Shown here one piece after another: positions 33,948 to 42,318 of a DNA stretch of 64,000 nucleotides. The number at the start of each line of letters is the position of its first letter. Within the stretch, counting starts at the first letter, position 1. Source of the DNA: a virus (lineage: Duplodnaviria > Caudoviricetes); IMG/VR virus record IMGVR_UViG_3300005670_000014, positions 24,786 through 88,785 of that record, one strand, 5' to 3'. The translations under genes were made by a program, and so were the position numbers. The notes below the pieces were generated by a model. It did no database searches, was not told the origin of the DNA, and saw only the letters and a list, made by a program, of their open reading frames with translations.

Positions 33948-35537
33948 ATGAGCTTTAAAATCTTTTCATTTAATGATTGGTTATCCGAAGGCGGCGCTGC
34001 GGGGCTGCGTTCTTTTGTTCTTAATAATTCTTATGAAAGGATGTGTTGGGTATATGCGTGTGTTAATCGCATTGCCACATCTGCCAGTTCAGCACCTTTA
34101 GTTTTTTATCAAGGAAAACCAGATCGTATCCCTTCAGATGCTCCAAATGAAAAAGAACGGATCAAAGATCGAGAGCATCTAGTCTATCAATTATTTAATC
34201 CACCAAATCCTCCCACAATCATTAGTTTAAAACAATTAATGTATCGTACTTTTGTGCATGTCAGTATTGATGGATTGGTTTTTTGGATTATTGAACGTAA
34301 GAAAGGTGTAGCAACATCCATTGATATTCGTTTAAAGACTGAATTACGCCCCATTTTAGTGTACACCAATGCTGATCCAGCCCGTCCGCAATTACGCGGT
34401 TGGGAAGATTCATCGGGTAAAAAATATTTACCAGAAGATGTACTTCCGTTGGATAATTATAATCCAAAAGATCCTTTAGCGGGATTATCACAACTCAGTC
34501 CTTCACGGATGAGTTTAGAATCAGAGTTTAGTATTGCGGGATGGAATTCGGCTTTTTTCCGTTCCGGGATGAAAAACCCATTATTGATTCAAGCAAAAGG
34601 TCAGTTAACCCGCGAACAAAAGAAAGACATTCGCAGTGAAGTGGTGAATTATTACAGTGGGATTGATGGAGCGCACGGAGCGTTGTTAATGCAAGGTGGA
34701 GTTGAAGTCAAACCGCTCGTTGTCAATCCAAAAGATGTTGATTTCATTCGTGGTAAAGAATTAAACCGTGAAGAAGTACTTGCAGTGTTTGGTGTCCCTC
34801 CATCAATTGTGGGTATTTTTAGTTACAGTAATTACAGTAATGTGAGAGAACAAATTAGAATCTTTTGGGAACATACTTTATTACCCAAAATGAATCACGT
34901 TTTAGAACTCATTCAATTTAATATTTTAGATCGTGATTTTCCTGGCGTGTATGCGCAATGGGATGTTAGTAAAGTCGCTGGTTTAGCTCCTGATCCTGTT
35001 GAATTAGCAGCACCAGCATCTCAGTATCATGCCATGGGCTATTCCCCGTCACAAACTGCGACCATTTTAAAATGTCCAGGACTAGAACCAGATAAAGATT
35101 TTAAAAAGCCGGAACCCATTAAGCCACAGATGCCAACAGCAGATAATGAAGATGACGAAACATCTGCTGAAAAGCCCAAAAAACCTAAAAAGCCAAAAGA
35201 TCCTAATGCTGGTGATCCGAAGCCTTCGGATAAGCCCAAACCCGATAATAACAATTCTTATTTAAAAGAATTGTTAATGGATAAGATATATTTATTTGCA
35301 ATCAATGTTCCTTTATCGGCTCCAACACATAAACAAATTTTTGCTCTTTGGCAAGATTTGGTAATTTCTGTATTACAAGAAAAGTTTAAAGGTTTTGATT
35401 TTTTACAATTTAATTTATTACCTGAGATGCTTTGTCAAAAACCAACTGAAAAGATGCGACAAGAATTCATTAAAAATAGTGAGTTAATAGCTGAAAAAAT
35501 GCTAAACACTATTTACAAAGCAAAAGTAAGACTATAG
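33948..35537 (+). CDS. HK97-type portal protein
   Basis: WVYACVNRIA, GLSQL, FFRSGMKNP, LLMQGG, VFGVPPSIVG, YSNVREQ; P/K/D-rich linker near the C-terminus. Confidence 0.9.
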   Translation: MSFKIFSFNDWLSEGGAAGLRSFVLNNSYERMCWVYACVNRIATSASSAPLVFYQGKPDRIPSDAPNEKERIKDREHLVYQLFNPPNPPTIISLKQLMYRTFVHVSIDGLVFWIIERKKGVATSIDIRLKTELRPILVYTNADPARPQLRGWEDSSGKKYLPEDVLPLDNYNPKDPLAGLSQLSPSRMSLESEFSIAGWNSAFFRSGMKNPLLIQAKGQLTREQKKDIRSEVVNYYSGIDGAHGALLMQGGVEVKPLVVNPKDVDFIRGKELNREEVLAVFGVPPSIVGIFSYSNYSNVREQIRIFWEHTLLPKMNHVLELIQFNILDRDFPGVYAQWDVSKVAGLAPDPVELAAPASQYHAMGYSPSQTATILKCPGLEPDKDFKKPEPIKPQMPTADNEDDETSAEKPKKPKKPKDPNAGDPKPSDKPKPDNNNSYLKELLMDKIYLFAINVPLSAPTHKQIFALWQDLVISVLQEKFKGFDFLQFNLLPEMLCQKPTEKMRQEFIKNSELIAEKMLNTIYKAKVRL

Positions 35538-35562
35538 TATTCACTGATTATAGGAGATTACC

Positions 35563-36981
35563 ATGTTTAGTATTTGCCAATTTGATTTTAAAAGACCTAC
35601 TTTATTGAAAAAAGGGGTCGGTATTAAAAACGTATATACCGCGATTGCCAGTACGGCGGCTGTAGATCGTCATAAAGAAATTTTAGTACCTCGCGGGGTC
35701 ATTACTGATGCTTTTATGAAGAATCCAGTGATGTTGGATATTCATAATTCGCGGACTTATCCAGTGGGTAAGGTCGTTGAAATTAAGGTCAGTAAAGAAT
35801 CTGTTGAAATTCATTTTGAATTTGCAGATACTGAAGAAGGTGTTAAACTGGAAAAACTTTATACTTCCGGTTTTATGAACGCTTTTTCGGTAGGTTTTAT
35901 TCCTAAGAATTATATTGATCTATATGACATGCGGGGTGATGATGGCAAGTTATCCATCACTTCGTTAGAAGTTGAATTGCCCAATGGCGAAAAGGAACTT
36001 TTAGATCTGAGTCAATACAAAGAAATTCCTTATGGAATTATTTCCAAATGGGAACTCTTAGAAGTGAGTCCTGTTTCAGTTCCGGCCAATCCCGAAGCGT
36101 TAATGCTCCGTGCGAAAGATGACATTGTTCGTAAATACTTGGACTCCGGTCATCATCAAGTTGCTGCCAAGTTGCTAGATGCACAACTCAGTGAGCATAT
36201 TACCGAACTGCGTAAGCATTTTGATGATCTTTTGAATACGTCAAAAGATGAACATGTTGAAATGAGTTACGCTGTTCCATTCCAAGATTCTAAGGCTTTA
36301 GATCAAGAATGGGATGCTTCGGAAGCTCGTGCATGTTTGGCATTATGGTCAAGTGAAGATAAGACTGGTGAAAAGGAAACTTTGAACTGGTCTAAATTCG
36401 CTAAAGGCTTTGGTTGGATCGATCTGGAAAAAGCCGATCAGTTCCGTAGCTATCGTTATATTCATCATACTGTAGAAGGTGATGAATTGTATGTTGTGGC
36501 TGAAGGTTTGAAAGCGGCCATGGCGGATTTGTTAACGGATAAGTCAGTTAATAATGCTGAAGAAGTTTACGCACATCTAGCGAAGCATTATGAAGCTTTT
36601 GATCTGACTGCACCAGAATTTAAAGATTATACTGAGGATGAATTGCAAAAGATTCGTTCCGGTGAATCTTTGATTGAAACCATCGAAGAGACTGAATTGG
36701 AAAGTTCAGAATCTGAAAAAGATGTTAATCCAGATGTTCTTAAAGATTTGATCAATATTGGATTTACTGAAGTTAAAGATCAAATTTCCGAATTGGAAGA
36801 AACAGTTCGGTTGCGTATGAACATCCTCAGTAAGATGTTTGACGAGTTGCAGAAAGAATTGTTGACTTCTAAGCCAACCACTGAGACTGTTACAGTCGAA
36901 GATGATTCTGATGAAGTCAAACTGTTTGCTGATAAACTCACTGCATTATCTTCCATGTTTGAAGATATTCGTGTTCAATAA
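35563..36981 (+). CDS. HK97-family prohead protease with long C-terminal extension
   Basis: ASTAAVDRHKE, NPVMLDIH, PVGKV, AFSVGF, WELLEVSPVSVPANPEAL. Confidence 0.9.
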   Translation: MFSICQFDFKRPTLLKKGVGIKNVYTAIASTAAVDRHKEILVPRGVITDAFMKNPVMLDIHNSRTYPVGKVVEIKVSKESVEIHFEFADTEEGVKLEKLYTSGFMNAFSVGFIPKNYIDLYDMRGDDGKLSITSLEVELPNGEKELLDLSQYKEIPYGIISKWELLEVSPVSVPANPEALMLRAKDDIVRKYLDSGHHQVAAKLLDAQLSEHITELRKHFDDLLNTSKDEHVEMSYAVPFQDSKALDQEWDASEARACLALWSSEDKTGEKETLNWSKFAKGFGWIDLEKADQFRSYRYIHHTVEGDELYVVAEGLKAAMADLLTDKSVNNAEEVYAHLAKHYEAFDLTAPEFKDYTEDELQKIRSGESLIETIEETELESSESEKDVNPDVLKDLINIGFTEVKDQISELEETVRLRMNILSKMFDELQKELLTSKPTTETVTVEDDSDEVKLFADKLTALSSMFEDIRVQ

Positions 36982-37004
36982 AACCTTTGTGGAGTGTATG
37001 TAAC

Positions 37005-38147
37005 ATGTTAGATCATGATATGAAAAAGCAGTTTGACGAATTTTCGAGTTCGGTTAAAGAATCTATTGCATTGTTTAAGAATCAAGATGCTTTGGTTAAA
37101 ACTTTGCAACAGCGGATTGGTGAACTAGAACAGCGTGTACTGGATAACAGTGTTTGCACGATCTTAGAGTCTACTCATGGCGAAGTGGGCTTTACTGATC
37201 CTAAAAAAGCTAAAGAGTTTGTTACTTTAGTTCGTCACATCTTTAACAAGGATGATTATGCGGTTAAAGATTTGGTTGAAGGTCGTGATGCAGATGGTGG
37301 ATATCTGGTTCAGCCCGAATATCGCAACACCATGATGTCGTTGATTGAACAGTATGGCGTGGCTCGGCAGTTTTGTACGGTCATTCCCATGTCTACCACT
37401 GAACTGATCATGCCGAAGCTGACAGGTGGCGTTCAAGTTTACTGGATTGGTGAAGGCCAAACAATTACTGAGACTCAGCCGACGTTTGGTGAGTTCCGTA
37501 TGACCGTCAAGAAATTGGCGGCATTGGTTCCGATGACCAGTGAATTGCTGAATGACGCGAATCTAGCTATTGCTAACTTGTTGGCAACTCTGTTTGCTCA
37601 AGCGTTGGCTAAGGAAGAAGATCGTATCGTATTTGTGGGTAATACTGCTGCCAGTGATCCGTTCAATGGTGTGCTCCGTGATCCTGGTGTCTACAGTCAT
37701 ATTTTGGGCAGTGGCAAGACCAAGTTCACTAGTGCTACGGCTGGAGATTTGGCTGACGTGACTTCGCGTAATTCGTTGTATACGCAAGGTGCTCGTTGGT
37801 TCATGCACCGCACGATCTTTAACGTGATTCGTCAGTTGCAAGATGGTGATGGCATGTACATTTGGGGTAATCCCACGCAAAGTTCTGATCAAGGTCTTAT
37901 TTGGGGCTATCCGTACACCTTGGTTGAAAATATGCCAGCGGTTACGGCGACTGCGGTCAGTACTCCGTATATCTTCTTTGGTAATCTGATGCATTACTAC
38001 ATTGGTGATCGTCAGCAGATGACTTTGGCCCGTTCGGAGCATGTTGGCTTTGCGGCGGACAAAGTGTATCTTCGTGTACTTCAGCGTGAAGGTATGGCTT
38101 ATGCTTTACCGGAAACCGGCGTTGCGGTAACGACTGCGGCTAGCTAA
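37005..38147 (+). CDS. HK97-fold major capsid protein
   Basis: N-terminal coiled coil, DGGYLVQPEY, WIGEG, KKLAALVPMTSELLND, LIWGYP, IFFGNL, IGDRQQMT; start at ATG 37005. Confidence 0.93.
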   Translation: MLDHDMKKQFDEFSSSVKESIALFKNQDALVKTLQQRIGELEQRVLDNSVCTILESTHGEVGFTDPKKAKEFVTLVRHIFNKDDYAVKDLVEGRDADGGYLVQPEYRNTMMSLIEQYGVARQFCTVIPMSTTELIMPKLTGGVQVYWIGEGQTITETQPTFGEFRMTVKKLAALVPMTSELLNDANLAIANLLATLFAQALAKEEDRIVFVGNTAASDPFNGVLRDPGVYSHILGSGKTKFTSATAGDLADVTSRNSLYTQGARWFMHRTIFNVIRQLQDGDGMYIWGNPTQSSDQGLIWGYPYTLVENMPAVTATAVSTPYIFFGNLMHYYIGDRQQMTLARSEHVGFAADKVYLRVLQREGMAYALPETGVAVTTAAS

Positions 38148-38155
38148 GTTTGATA

Positions 38156-38190
38156 GAGTGGGACTGCGAATTTTACAGTCCCACTCATTT
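38156..38190 (+). terminator. stem-loop after the capsid gene
   Basis: GAGTGGGACTG-cgaatttta-CAGTCCCACTC with a short T-run. Confidence 0.55.
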
Positions 38191-38203
38191 CCAAGGAGTT
38201 TTT

Positions 38204-38560
38204 ATGTTATATCAAGCAACAAGACAGTTTGGTGATTTTGTTAATGGAATTGAAATTCCTTATGGTGGTTATGTTGAAACGGATTGTATTAAATGGGTAC
38301 AACGGATTGGTCCTTTTTTAAGACCTTTGTCACCCAGTGAAAAGCCAAAAGGAAAAATAATCAGTGTTAAAGATACACTTGAAGATGTTGTAGTTGAAGT
38401 GGTGATTAAGGAAGATATCGCTATTAAGGAAGAAGTACTTGAAGAGCCTATTCTTGAAATTACTGAAGAAGCTCTGGTTGAAGAAACTGATGTTACGGAA
38501 GAATCTGTGGTTGAAACGACACCTTTACGTCGTAAAATTAAACCATTACGTAATAATTAA
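38204..38560 (+). CDS. head-associated hypothetical protein with acidic C-terminal half
   Basis: ORF track trimmed to the ATG after AAGGAG; position after the capsid gene. Confidence 0.7.
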   Translation: MLYQATRQFGDFVNGIEIPYGGYVETDCIKWVQRIGPFLRPLSPSEKPKGKIISVKDTLEDVVVEVVIKEDIAIKEEVLEEPILEITEEALVEETDVTEESVVETTPLRRKIKPLRNN

Positions 38561-38571
38561 GGATTTTTAGC

Positions 38572-39249
38572 ATGTTAGATGATATTGACTCTTTTGTTGA
38601 ATTGGTTGTTACTGAGGCATGTGATCTGTTGCAATTAACAGCACCAGAAACTTATGCTAAAGTAACAACTGATTCAAGAGTCAATTTATGTGCTCGTGCT
38701 GCATATACACAGATTACTCATTATTTAAATCGAGATTTGATTTATAAAGAACATTACGAAGAATATTTCGAAGAAGATACTACAATTACATTAAGATGCA
38801 CACCTGTTTCAGAAATTACATTAGTGAGTATTAGTGATACTCGTTATTCTGAAGTGTTGTCAGATCCAGATAAATTCACAGTTTTAGATCCAGATGAAGA
38901 TTATCGTTTAGTTCGTGAAAAACGTTTAGTGATTTATAATTTAATTAAACTAGGTGAGATCGTTGGAAGTACGACTCAACGGATAAATGCGTATGTGGAA
39001 TATACAGGTGGTTATTATACTAGTGAAGATATTCCAATCGTTCATAATGCTTTAGTGATGCAAACGGTTGCCAATTATAATCGAGTTCCCGCTTTAGGTT
39101 TGACGCAAATTGAAGGTGGGGGTGGCGATGCTAAAGGTGGTCGATTATTGTTAAATTTAAATTTAGTAGATGCTGGACAGTTGCTAGATTCTGTTAAAAT
39201 AATGTTAGATCCTTTTATTTATTATGGCAGTGCGGAGGATTTGACATGA
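38572..39249 (+). CDS. head-tail connector (gp6-like adaptor)
   Basis: Position; ITHYLNRDLI...LRCTPVSEI...VEYTGGY...ALVMQ adaptor pattern. Confidence 0.7.
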   Translation: MLDDIDSFVELVVTEACDLLQLTAPETYAKVTTDSRVNLCARAAYTQITHYLNRDLIYKEHYEEYFEEDTTITLRCTPVSEITLVSISDTRYSEVLSDPDKFTVLDPDEDYRLVREKRLVIYNLIKLGEIVGSTTQRINAYVEYTGGYYTSEDIPIVHNALVMQTVANYNRVPALGLTQIEGGGGDAKGGRLLLNLNLVDAGQLLDSVKIMLDPFIYYGSAEDLT

Positions 39250-39983
39250 GCTTTAAATTTTATGTTTCGACGAATCAGCTTTTACGAGATTTAACAAAAT
39301 TGTTGAAAGATGTAGAGGATTATCCTAAAACAAAATTAGGTGCTCCACGAATTGCTATTCAATATCAAAATAATAAAGTTTTTCAAGATATTTTGTGGAA
39401 TAATTTAATTACTAATTTAAGAAATTTAGGTGGTGGTTTTGCTTCGGGACATTCGATTGTTGAACAAGAATTACAAGTAAATCCCGGTTCCGGTTCGGGT
39501 AAACGGGGTGTTGCGGCATATCAAGCTGGATTTAAGAATACCGTTCGTGGAACAAAAGCTTTTAAGATTGCTAGTATTTGGGATCAAGGTGGAACGATTT
39601 GGCCGCGTAAAGCGAAGTATTTAACGCAACCTTTATCTGATGGTAAGAAAATTGATTTATCACCATTGGAATACGATGATGCAGAACATGTTGCACAATT
39701 TTATAAAGGTATTGGTTCGCCTTCTCGTCATCCGCTCATTCAACAAAGTGTTCACGGGTTGATGGTGATTCGTAAACGCCCAGTTAAATCTTTAGTCCGG
39801 CGTAAAAAAGGTGAAAAGAGAAATTTGGGTCAACATGTTGCAACCTTTTTAGTATTGAACTATCAAAAGCATTTGAGTACTCAATGGATCTATCACGCTG
39901 CATTAAAAACTCGTACTGAAGTGCTTCCTTTAATGATTAAAACAGGTAAAGAGTATATTAAATCTCAAAAGGTCTTGTCATGA
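39246..39983 (+). CDS. neck/tail-completion protein (HK97 gp10-like)
   Basis: Position; basic; IASIWDQGGTIWPRKAKYLTQP motif. Confidence 0.6.
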   Translation: MSFKFYVSTNQLLRDLTKLLKDVEDYPKTKLGAPRIAIQYQNNKVFQDILWNNLITNLRNLGGGFASGHSIVEQELQVNPGSGSGKRGVAAYQAGFKNTVRGTKAFKIASIWDQGGTIWPRKAKYLTQPLSDGKKIDLSPLEYDDAEHVAQFYKGIGSPSRHPLIQQSVHGLMVIRKRPVKSLVRRKKGEKRNLGQHVATFLVLNYQKHLSTQWIYHAALKTRTEVLPLMIKTGKEYIKSQKVLS

Positions 39984-40444
39984 TTTTGGCAGATCCACGC
40001 ACATTGATCATGGATGAAATGAAGCGAAGATTAAACTTGGCATTTCCCAATGTGATGCAATATGAAGGTGCTGGATCGGTTTGGGGTGAATGGTCAAGAT
40101 CATTACCTTGTATTCATATTTATGAACATACTGAAGAATGTAAAAGCAGTAAAATTGCTGCTAAAGATGTATATTTAAATACCTTACCAGTACAAATAGA
40201 ATTTGTTTCCAAACTGCAAAATCAAGCATTGTTGTTTACGGAAGGCAGAAAAAAGCGATTAAGTTTACGTCAAGCTATTGAATTGGACGACCGTTTCATG
40301 CAAAATAAAGGCTTGGAAACTGAAGGCCAAAATTTGGTAGTAAGCTATTTGATGACTGCAAATGAAATTGTACATGTAATACCTGGCGTAGTAGATGTTG
40401 CAGTGATTTACGATTTTGTTTACATCGAGAAATTTTTTGGTTAA
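39980..40444 (+). CDS. tail terminator-like protein
   Basis: Position before the tail tube; LPCIHIYE pattern. Confidence 0.6.
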   Translation: MILADPRTLIMDEMKRRLNLAFPNVMQYEGAGSVWGEWSRSLPCIHIYEHTEECKSSKIAAKDVYLNTLPVQIEFVSKLQNQALLFTEGRKKRLSLRQAIELDDRFMQNKGLETEGQNLVVSYLMTANEIVHVIPGVVDVAVIYDFVYIEKFFG

Positions 40445-40463
40445 CGATTGAGGAGTTTTTTTC

Positions 40464-41480
40464 ATGTCTACACCTAATGTTGAAAATTATACACTTGGCC
40501 GTGGGATGTTGTATTGGGATCCTTGGGATTCGACTAATTTGCGGTATGAAGGCGAACGTGCTTTAGGTAATGCTCCTGAAATTAGCATCAATATGAATGC
40601 GACGTTCTTGGATCATTATTCCAGCATGAGTGGTTTCAAATCGAAGGATAAGACTGTTGTTAATGAATTGGCTCCGCAGATTACATTTGCATTGGATGAG
40701 TTGGTTTCTGATAACTGGCAGATGCTAGTATTCGGTAACAAGACTGAAGTTAGTCAGAGTGCTGATGATTCGAATACGTTGGTTATTGCTTCTCCGTTGA
40801 AAGATCGTTATTATGATCTTGGTGCGCGGGCAATTGCCAGTACTCGTATTACTCATGGTACAGTTACGGGAGGTCCTTTCCAGGTTGGTGAGACTATTCG
40901 TAATGCTGCTGCTCCCAATAATGCTACTGCTGTTGTTGTAGAAGTGGGTGCGACTTGGTTGATCGTCAATACCGTTGCGGTTAATGGTACTGGAACAGCA
41001 TTTGCAGCGTCTGATACCTTGACTGGTGCTACAAGCTCTGCTACGGCTACTGCCAGTACTGGTGCGGTAGCGGTATCGGGATTGGTGTCGTTGAAGACCA
41101 CTTCCGGTTCTACTTACTATACTCCCACCACTGATTTTACTGTGGATGCGGTAAGTGGACGTATTTACTTTCCTTCGACCTCGACCATTGTTGAAGGCAC
41201 GAGCTTGACGGTTAATTTTGGCGTTGCTGCGACAACTTATAGCAAGATCACTGCGTTGACTGCGGTGGGCCAAGATGGTAAGATCCGGTACGTGTCCGAT
41301 AACCCAGTGGGCGGCTCGTATGAGATGATCATCTGGAAGGTGCGTATCAAGCCGAATGGTGATACTGCTCTGATCGGTGATGACTGGGCGCGGTTGCCGT
41401 TCCAAGGTGACATTCTGCGTGACGCCACGTACCACCCGACATCTCCTTATATGGATATGATCGTCGCCGACGCGGCGTAA
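40464..41480 (+). CDS. major tail (tube) protein with inserted beta domain
   Basis: ENYTLGRGMLY...LGNAPE...DHYSSMSGFKSKD, RYVSDNPVG, IWKVRIKPNGD; followed by a terminator. Confidence 0.85.
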   Translation: MSTPNVENYTLGRGMLYWDPWDSTNLRYEGERALGNAPEISINMNATFLDHYSSMSGFKSKDKTVVNELAPQITFALDELVSDNWQMLVFGNKTEVSQSADDSNTLVIASPLKDRYYDLGARAIASTRITHGTVTGGPFQVGETIRNAAAPNNATAVVVEVGATWLIVNTVAVNGTGTAFAASDTLTGATSSATATASTGAVAVSGLVSLKTTSGSTYYTPTTDFTVDAVSGRIYFPSTSTIVEGTSLTVNFGVAATTYSKITALTAVGQDGKIRYVSDNPVGGSYEMIIWKVRIKPNGDTALIGDDWARLPFQGDILRDATYHPTSPYMDMIVADAA

Positions 41481-41494
41481 TATCTTGTTGTAGT

Positions 41495-41523
41495 AAAAAG
41501 CCCGCCATCATAGCGGGCTTTTT
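41495..41523 (+). terminator. bidirectional intrinsic terminator
   Basis: AAAAAGCCCGC-catcata-GCGGGCTTTTT. Confidence 0.85.
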
Positions 41524-41597
41524 GTTGTTTAAAATATTTGCACCCGTTCGTAAAATTTGATAAGCTAGTTTTGAAACTCAAAACTTGGAGATGTTTC

Positions 41598-42032
41598 GTG
41601 GCTGACAAAGTAAAAAAACTATCGGAATCTGATTGGGAAATTCTTTTCCAAGCAACAGATTACAAAATTGGTTCCACTGTTTTAGAATTGACCCCATTGT
41701 CTTTAGCGTCTTTAGCACGGATTACTCGTCGTTTAACGGCGATTGTGGATAAAGTCAGTGTTTTAGAATTGAGTTTGGAATCTTTAGGATCAGATGCCAG
41801 TAAAATTATTTTATTGGTAGAATTGTTACTCACTGATTGTCCAGAAATTTTATCTGAATTATCGGGTTTAGATGTGAATGATGTTCAACGTTTGCCGTTA
41901 GATATTGCTGTTGAGTTGTTTAACGTGTGCGTCGATGTCAATTTACAATCCCAGGATAATTTAGTAAAAAACTTCAAGGGGTTGGGGGGGAAAGTAGCCA
42001 AGTTCATGAGCGGGACGAACACCGTTCAATAG
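41598..42032 (+). CDS. tail assembly chaperone (gpG-like)
   Basis: Between tube and TMP; GTG after GGAG; slippery A AAA AAC near the end. Confidence 0.8.
   Translation: MADKVKKLSESDWEILFQATDYKIGSTVLELTPLSLASLARITRRLTAIVDKVSVLELSLESLGSDASKIILLVELLLTDCPEILSELSGLDVNDVQRLPLDIAVELFNVCVDVNLQSQDNLVKNFKGLGGKVAKFMSGTNTVQ
41966..41972 (+). promoter_or_regulatory. -1 programmed frameshift slippery site A AAA AAC
   Basis: X XXY YYZ in the correct phase; the -1 frame is open into ORF 42038..42313. Confidence 0.75.
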
Positions 42033-42037
42033 GCGCA

Positions 42038-42313
42038 TTGATTCAGTTCTTAGTGGATCATGGACATGCATGGAAGGATGTCCAAGGCTACACCCTCAGC
42101 CAAGTGGGTATTTTTTTAAAGGAAGCATCAAAGTTGGATGAAACAAAACATAAGCATGATATTTTAGCGGCATGGTTAGGTTTTAATTTTGATCAAAAAG
42201 GATTGAAAAAGATCCTTGAAGAAAAAGTAATCAGTAAAAAACCCGAAGATCAGCATAAAGCACATGCTGAAAATTGGAATAAATTGTCGGCATTTGTTCG
42301 ACAAATGAGGTAG
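42038..42313 (+). CDS. gpT-like C-terminal part of the frameshifted chaperone
   Basis: -1 frame relative to the upstream ORF; FLVDHGH...GYTLSQV..FL pattern. Confidence 0.75.
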   Translation: MIQFLVDHGHAWKDVQGYTLSQVGIFLKEASKLDETKHKHDILAAWLGFNFDQKGLKKILEEKVISKKPEDQHKAHAENWNKLSAFVRQMR

Positions 42314-42318
42314 AGTAC

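Noticed and set aside
41988-41994. Lambda-type GGGAAAG slippery site
   Set aside because: Wrong phase for a tandem -1 slip; A AAA AAC at 41966 fits
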